Positions 59,195-64,000 of a stretch of DNA of 64,000 nt are shown here, piece after piece; positions within the stretch are counted from its first letter, which is position 1; each line of letters opens with the position of its first letter. The position numbers were made by a program, and so were the translations under genes. The stretch is from Alphaproteobacteria bacterium (GTDB lineage: Bacteria; Pseudomonadota; Alphaproteobacteria; JAAXGF01), in the NCBI GenBank assembly GCA_963555825.3, contig CAUVXB020000002.1, forward strand, positions 896,001 to 960,000. The letters are read 5' to 3'. Under the pieces are notes generated by a model, which worked only from the letters and a program-made list of their open reading frames with translations, did not search any database and was not told the origin of the DNA.

Positions 59195-61348
59195 CTACGT
59201 CTTTTTGTCGTCGTCCTCGGCAGTTTCCGCTGCAGCGGGCTCGGCGTCGGCTTCGGCCGCCGCTTCGTCCTCGGCGGGGGCGTCTTCCGCCACGGCTTCG
59301 GCCGTCGCTTCGGGCTCGGCCTCCGCCGCTTCAGGCTCGGCTTCCGCTGCAGCGGGCTCGGCGTCGGCTTCGGCCGCCGCTTCGTCCTCGGCGGGGGCAT
59401 CTTCCGCCACGGCTTCGTCCGTCGCTTCGGGCTCGGCCTCCGCCGCTTCAGGCTCGGCTTCCGCTGCTTCGGGCTCGGCTTCCGCCGCCTCAGGCTCGGC
59501 GTCGGCTTCGACTGCCGCTTCGTCTTTGGCGGGCGCTTCCTCGACCTCCGCCGCCTCTTCGGCGGCTGCGTCCTCGGTGGGCGCGGCCTCGGCCGCCGCT
59601 TCCTCGGCCGGCTCGTCGTTGGTCGTGGCCTCGGCGCTCTCTCGGCTCGCCTTGCTCATCGCCTCGCCGAGGATGTCGCCCAGGCTGGCGCCCGAATCGG
59701 ACGAACCGTATTCGGCCATCGCCTGCTTCTCGTCGGCCACCTCGAGCGCCTTGATCGACAGGCTGATCCTGCGCGTCGTGCGGCTGATCGAGGTCACCCT
59801 GGCGTCGATCTTCTCGCCGACCGCGAAGCGCTCGGGTTGCTGGTCGGCGCGGTCGCGCGCGAGGTCGGCCTTGCGAATGAAGCCGCTCGCACCGGCGACC
59901 GTCACATCGATCCCGTTGGACATCACCTGGGTGATCTCGCAGGTGACGCGCGAGCCCTTCTTGATGTCGGCCATCGCCTCGGTGAACGGGTCGTCGCCGA
60001 GCTGCTTGACGCCGAGGCTGATGCGCTCCTTTTCGGTGTCGACGTCGAGCACCTTGACCTTGACCATATCGCCCTTGCTGTAGTCCTGGATCGCCTCCTC
60101 GCCGGAACGTTCCCACGAGATGTCCGACATATGCACCATGCCGTCGATGTCGCCGGGCAGGCCGACGAACAGGCCGAACTCGGTAACGTTCTTGACCTCG
60201 CCCTCGAGCACCTCGCCGACCGGGTGCGATCCGAGGAACGCCGCCCACGGGTTGTCGAGGCACTGCTTGAGCCCGAGGCTGATGCGCCGCCTGTGCGGAT
60301 CGACATCGAGCACCATGACCTCGACCTCTTGGCTGGTCGAGACGATCTTGCCCGGGTGGACGTTCTTCTTGGTCCAGCTCATCTCCGAGACGTGGACCAG
60401 GCCCTCGACGCCCGGCTCGAGCTCCACGAAGGCGCCGTAGTCGGTGATATTGGTGACCCGGCCGATGAATTTGGTGCTCACCGGGTACTTGGCGTCGACG
60501 CCGTCCCACGGGTCCGATTCGAGCTGCTTCATGCCGAGGCTGATGCGCTGGGTCTCGCGGTTGAACCGAATCACCTGTACGTTGACGGTCTGGCCGATCG
60601 ACAGAATCTCGGACGGATGATTGACGCGCCGCCAGGCGATGTCGGTGACATGAAGCAAACCGTCGACGCCGCCGAGATCGACGAAGGCGCCGTAGTCGGT
60701 GATATTCTTGACGACGCCCTCGAGCACCTGGCCTTCCTTGAGGTTGGCCAGCAGCTCGGCGCGCTGCTCGGCCCGCGACTCCTCGAGCACGGCGCGGCGC
60801 GACACGACGATGTTGCCGCGATGGCGGTCCATCTTGAGGATGCAGAATTCGTGCGGCATGCCCATCAACGGCGCGATATCGCGCACCGGGCGGATGTCGA
60901 CCTGGCTGCCCGGCAGGAAGGCGACGGCGCCCGAGAGATCAACCGTGAAGCCGCCCTTGACGCGGCCGAAGATCGTTCCCTTGACCCGCTCGGTCTTGTT
61001 GAATGCCTGCTCGAGCTGGATCCAGGCCTCCTCGCGACGCGCCTTATCGCGGCTCAGCATCGCCTCGCCTTCGCGGTTTTCGAGCCGCTCGAGATAAACT
61101 TCGACCTCGTCGCCGACCTTGACCTCGGGGGCCTGCCCGCCTTCGGCAAATTCCTTCAGCGCCACGCGGCCTTCGGCCTTGAGGCCGACGTCGATCAGCG
61201 CCATGTCGTTTTCGATGGCGACGATGATGCCGGTGATCACGGTGCGTTCGACGGCGTCGCGAATTTCAAGCGATTCGGCGAACAGCGCCGAGAAATCCTC
61301 GCCGGTTGGGGGTGTTTCTTCGCCGGTGGTGGCGATCGGTTCGGACAT
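59195..61348 (-). CDS. rpsA: 30S ribosomal protein S1 with a long acidic repetitive C-terminal tail
   Basis: Repeated S1 domains (VKNITDYGAFV, RISLGMKQL); after SLGDIL there is an Ala/Glu/Pro tail of about 150 aa. Confidence 0.97.
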   Translation of the reverse strand: MSEPIATTGEETPPTGEDFSALFAESLEIRDAVERTVITGIIVAIENDMALIDVGLKAEGRVALKEFAEGGQAPEVKVGDEVEVYLERLENREGEAMLSRDKARREEAWIQLEQAFNKTERVKGTIFGRVKGGFTVDLSGAVAFLPGSQVDIRPVRDIAPLMGMPHEFCILKMDRHRGNIVVSRRAVLEESRAEQRAELLANLKEGQVLEGVVKNITDYGAFVDLGGVDGLLHVTDIAWRRVNHPSEILSIGQTVNVQVIRFNRETQRISLGMKQLESDPWDGVDAKYPVSTKFIGRVTNITDYGAFVELEPGVEGLVHVSEMSWTKKNVHPGKIVSTSQEVEVMVLDVDPHRRRISLGLKQCLDNPWAAFLGSHPVGEVLEGEVKNVTEFGLFVGLPGDIDGMVHMSDISWERSGEEAIQDYSKGDMVKVKVLDVDTEKERISLGVKQLGDDPFTEAMADIKKGSRVTCEITQVMSNGIDVTVAGASGFIRKADLARDRADQQPERFAVGEKIDARVTSISRTTRRISLSIKALEVADEKQAMAEYGSSDSGASLGDILGEAMSKASRESAEATTNDEPAEEAAAEAAPTEDAAAEEAAEVEEAPAKDEAAVEADAEPEAAEAEPEAAEAEPEAAEAEPEATDEAVAEDAPAEDEAAAEADAEPAAAEAEPEAAEAEPEATAEAVAEDAPAEDEAAAEADAEPAAAETAEDDDKKT

Positions 61349-61522
61349 GCGGGCTCCTAGATCAAGTCGTTATCTCGTGGCGGTTTCTGCCGGGGCGCGA
61401 GGCGGCGTTTGGTACACGCCAAACCCTCCAACCACCCCGGTCAGCAGGTACTCACAACGGACAAGAAACTGAAAGCGCGACTCTATACAGGTGGCAGCGC
61501 CGGACTGCAACCGATTCCGGCG

Positions 61523-62218
61523 TTAATCCGGCTCACGCCGCGGCGCGATTTCGGCCCCACTGTCGAGCATCGCGAGCGCGGCCTCGAATACCGCATCGAT
61601 ATCGAGCCCGCTGGTGTCGAGCACGATCGCATCGGCGGCCGGAACCATGGGCGCGACGGCGCGTTCGGCGTCGCGCGCGTCGCGCTCGGCCATCTCGCGA
61701 CGCACCGCCGCGCGCTCGGCCGTCTCGCCCCGTTGAACGAGCTCCAGATAGCGGCGTTCGGCGCGCGCCTCGGCGCTCGCGGTGATGTACAGCTTGTGCT
61801 CGGCGTCGGGGAACACGACGGTGCCGATGTCGCGGCCGTCGATCACGGCGCCCGGCGGCGTCCGGCCGAAGCGACGCTGGGTGTCGATCAGCGCGTGCCG
61901 CACCGCCGGAATCGCCGCGACGACCGACGCGGCGCGGCCGACCGCTTCGTCACGCAGGTTGGCAGCCGTCAGGTCGGTCTCGTCGAGCGCGCGGGCCGCG
62001 GCCTCGGCCGCAGCCGCGTCCGCCGGGTCGCCAGCTTCGCGCAACAGCCGCGCGGCGACCGCGCGGTAGAGCGTGCCTGAGTCCAAATGGCGCAAGTCGA
62101 AATGTGCGGCGAGCCGGCGCGCCAAGGTGCCCTTGCCGGCGGCGGCCGGCCCGTCGACCGCGATCACGACGCCGGTTGCGTCGAGCGCCGGCGCGTCAAC
62201 TCCAGAGGTGTCAAACAA
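61523..62218 (-). CDS. cmk: Cytidylate kinase (start uncertain: TTG 62218 or GTG 62167)
   Basis: [31 protein letters not shown]. Confidence 0.95.
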   Translation of the reverse strand: MFDTSGVDAPALDATGVVIAVDGPAAAGKGTLARRLAAHFDLRHLDSGTLYRAVAARLLREAGDPADAAAAEAAARALDETDLTAANLRDEAVGRAASVVAAIPAVRHALIDTQRRFGRTPPGAVIDGRDIGTVVFPDAEHKLYITASAEARAERRYLELVQRGETAERAAVRREMAERDARDAERAVAPMVPAADAIVLDTSGLDIDAVFEAALAMLDSGAEIAPRREPD

Positions 62219-63530
62219 TGTCGGCGCCCAGCCGGTTGAACAGCGCCGCGAAGCCCGGGAAGCTGGTGTCGATCGGCGCCGCGTCGTCGATCGACACCGA
62301 CAGGGGCGCGGCCAGGCCGAGCACCAGGAACGCCATGGCGATGCGATGATCGAGCCGCGTCGCGATATGCCCGCCACCCTCGACCGGACCGCCCGAGCCG
62401 GTGACCGTCAGGCTGTCGTCGGCCGCCTCGACCGTGACGCCACAGGCCTCGAGGCCATCGACGATGGCGGCCAGGCGGTCGCTCTCCTTGACGCGCAACT
62501 CGGCGAGCCCGTGCATCACCGTCGCGCCCTCGGCGAAGGCGGCCGCGACCGCGAGGATCGGATACTCGTCGATCATCGTCGGCGCGCGCGCCGCCGGCAC
62601 ATCGACCCCCTTGAGCGGCCCGGCGTTGACGTGAACGTCGGCGACCGGTTCGCCGCCTTCCTCACGCTCATTGCCGAGCGCGATATCGGCGCCCATTTCG
62701 ACAAGCGTCGCCAGCAGGCCGCTGCGCAGCGGATTGACGCCGACGCCCTCGATGGTCAGCGACGAGCCCGGCACGATCAGCCCGGCGACCATGAGGAACG
62801 CGGCCGACGACGGGTCGCCGGGCACGGTCACATGGCGCGCCGTCAGTTCGGGCTGGCCGGTCAGCGTGACCCGGCGGGCGCCGTCGGCCTCGACGCCGAA
62901 GTCTAGCGTGGCGCCGAAGTGGCGCAGCAGCCGCTCGGTGTGATCGCGCGTCGGTTCGGGTTCGATCACCGTGGTGGCGCCCGGCGCGTTGAGGCCGGCG
63001 AACAGCACCGCCGATTTGACCTGCGCCGACGGCACGGGCAGACGGTAGACGATCGGCAGCGGATCGTCGCTGCCGGTCACGCTGAGCGGCAGGCGCATGC
63101 CGTCGCGCGCGACGATATGTGCGCCGATCGCTGTGAGCGGCTCGGCGACACGGTCCATCGGACGCGCGCACAAGCTGGCGTCACCGGTGAACTGGCAGGT
63201 GATCGGGTGGCTCGCGACGACACCCATCAAAAGGCGAGCGCCGGTGCCGGCATTGCCCATGTCGAGCGTCGCGACGGGCTCGGCCAGGCCGCCGACGCCG
63301 ACGCCGTGAACGCGCCAGACGCCGTCATCGCCGCGCAGAATTTCAGCGCCCAGGGCGCGCAACGCCCGGGCCGTGCACATCACGTCGTCGCCCTCGAGCA
63401 GCCCGGCGATCGATGTCTCGCCGACGGCGAGCGCGCCGAGTATCAGCGCTCGGTGCGAGATCGACTTGTCACCGGGGACGCGGGCCAGGCCCTGGAGCGG
63501 GCCGGCGGGGCGTGAAGTTGACGTCGTCAT
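62211..63530 (-). CDS. aroA: 3-phosphoshikimate 1-carboxyvinyltransferase
   Basis: [38 protein letters not shown]. Confidence 0.97.
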   Translation of the reverse strand: MTTSTSRPAGPLQGLARVPGDKSISHRALILGALAVGETSIAGLLEGDDVMCTARALRALGAEILRGDDGVWRVHGVGVGGLAEPVATLDMGNAGTGARLLMGVVASHPITCQFTGDASLCARPMDRVAEPLTAIGAHIVARDGMRLPLSVTGSDDPLPIVYRLPVPSAQVKSAVLFAGLNAPGATTVIEPEPTRDHTERLLRHFGATLDFGVEADGARRVTLTGQPELTARHVTVPGDPSSAAFLMVAGLIVPGSSLTIEGVGVNPLRSGLLATLVEMGADIALGNEREEGGEPVADVHVNAGPLKGVDVPAARAPTMIDEYPILAVAAAFAEGATVMHGLAELRVKESDRLAAIVDGLEACGVTVEAADDSLTVTGSGGPVEGGGHIATRLDHRIAMAFLVLGLAAPLSVSIDDAAPIDTSFPGFAALFNRLGADIV

Positions 63531-63730
63531 GGTTTCCAAGGCGTGCTCGCGGCGCACGGGCGAGAGAAATTGGCTGCCGGCATGACCGGCCGGGCTGTCT
63601 CTAACATATCAGCCCGGCCGGTGAACAGGGTGGTACGCAATTTCGATGAAATTTGCTTTTGACAGCGTCATGCGATCAGGGCAATTGGACCGTTAGAGGC
63701 CGGTCAACACGACGAAGGAAATTTGACACC

Positions 63731-64000
63731 GTGGCGCAAGTCGAATGGGGCGCGAAACGACGGTGCGCGAGCTGCGGCGCAAACTTCTACGACCTGCGGC
63801 GCGAACCGATCATCTGTCCGCGGTGCGAAGCGGTCTTCGAGCCAGTGGCGGCGCCGCGGTCGCGCGTGACCGCCGCCGCGGTCGCCGCCGAGACCTCGCC
63901 CGTCGTCGCGGCCCACGACGTCGAGATCGTCATCGAGGGCAAGGATGCCAAATCGATCGACGATGCCGATGCCGCCGATGCCGCCGATTCCGCCGATGTC
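63731..64000 (+). CDS. FYDLN-acid (TIGR02300-like) zinc-ribbon protein (runs off the window)
   Basis: Manual translation from GTG 63731: AQVEWGAKRRCASCGANFYDLRREPIICPRC, then an acidic tail; usual neighbour of aroA. Confidence 0.85.
   Translation, partial: MAQVEWGAKRRCASCGANFYDLRREPIICPRCEAVFEPVAAPRSRVTAAAVAAETSPVVAAHDVEIVIEGKDAKSIDDADAADAADSADV

Overview
High-GC window from an Alphaproteobacterium, probably Rhodospirillales-like (inferred from gene content and order). It is mostly core genome: infC-thrS, queG, gltBD, uppP, tRNA-Leu(CAG), rnd-lptCAB-rpoN-hpf-ptsN-hprK-rapZ-EIIA-HPr-ptsI (frameshifted)-ahcY, tsaE-amgK-murU-addBA-trxA, folC-accD-trpABF-pyrF and lapA-ihfB-sppA-rpsA-cmk-aroA. 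The unusual content is mainly intergenic. (1) About 260-300 bp MITE-like elements with three unrelated ~32-bp terminal inverted repeats share one hairpin-rich core; two supply gene C-termini and one has collapsed to an 18-bp scar. (2) A four-copy structured repeat without terminal repeats shows covarying stems and swappable loop cargo, including a 6x20-bp array. (3) Two near-identical IS630 copies both inserted at CGCCAGTCTNAT inside those repeats. (4) A different IS630 is interrupted by an IS256. Two notable fusion proteins are a Cro-like HTH fused to a glutamine-synthetase-family ligase, and a TfoX_N-membrane segment-dienelactone hydrolase with Asn at the nucleophile position. All calls are by eye; no database searches were run.
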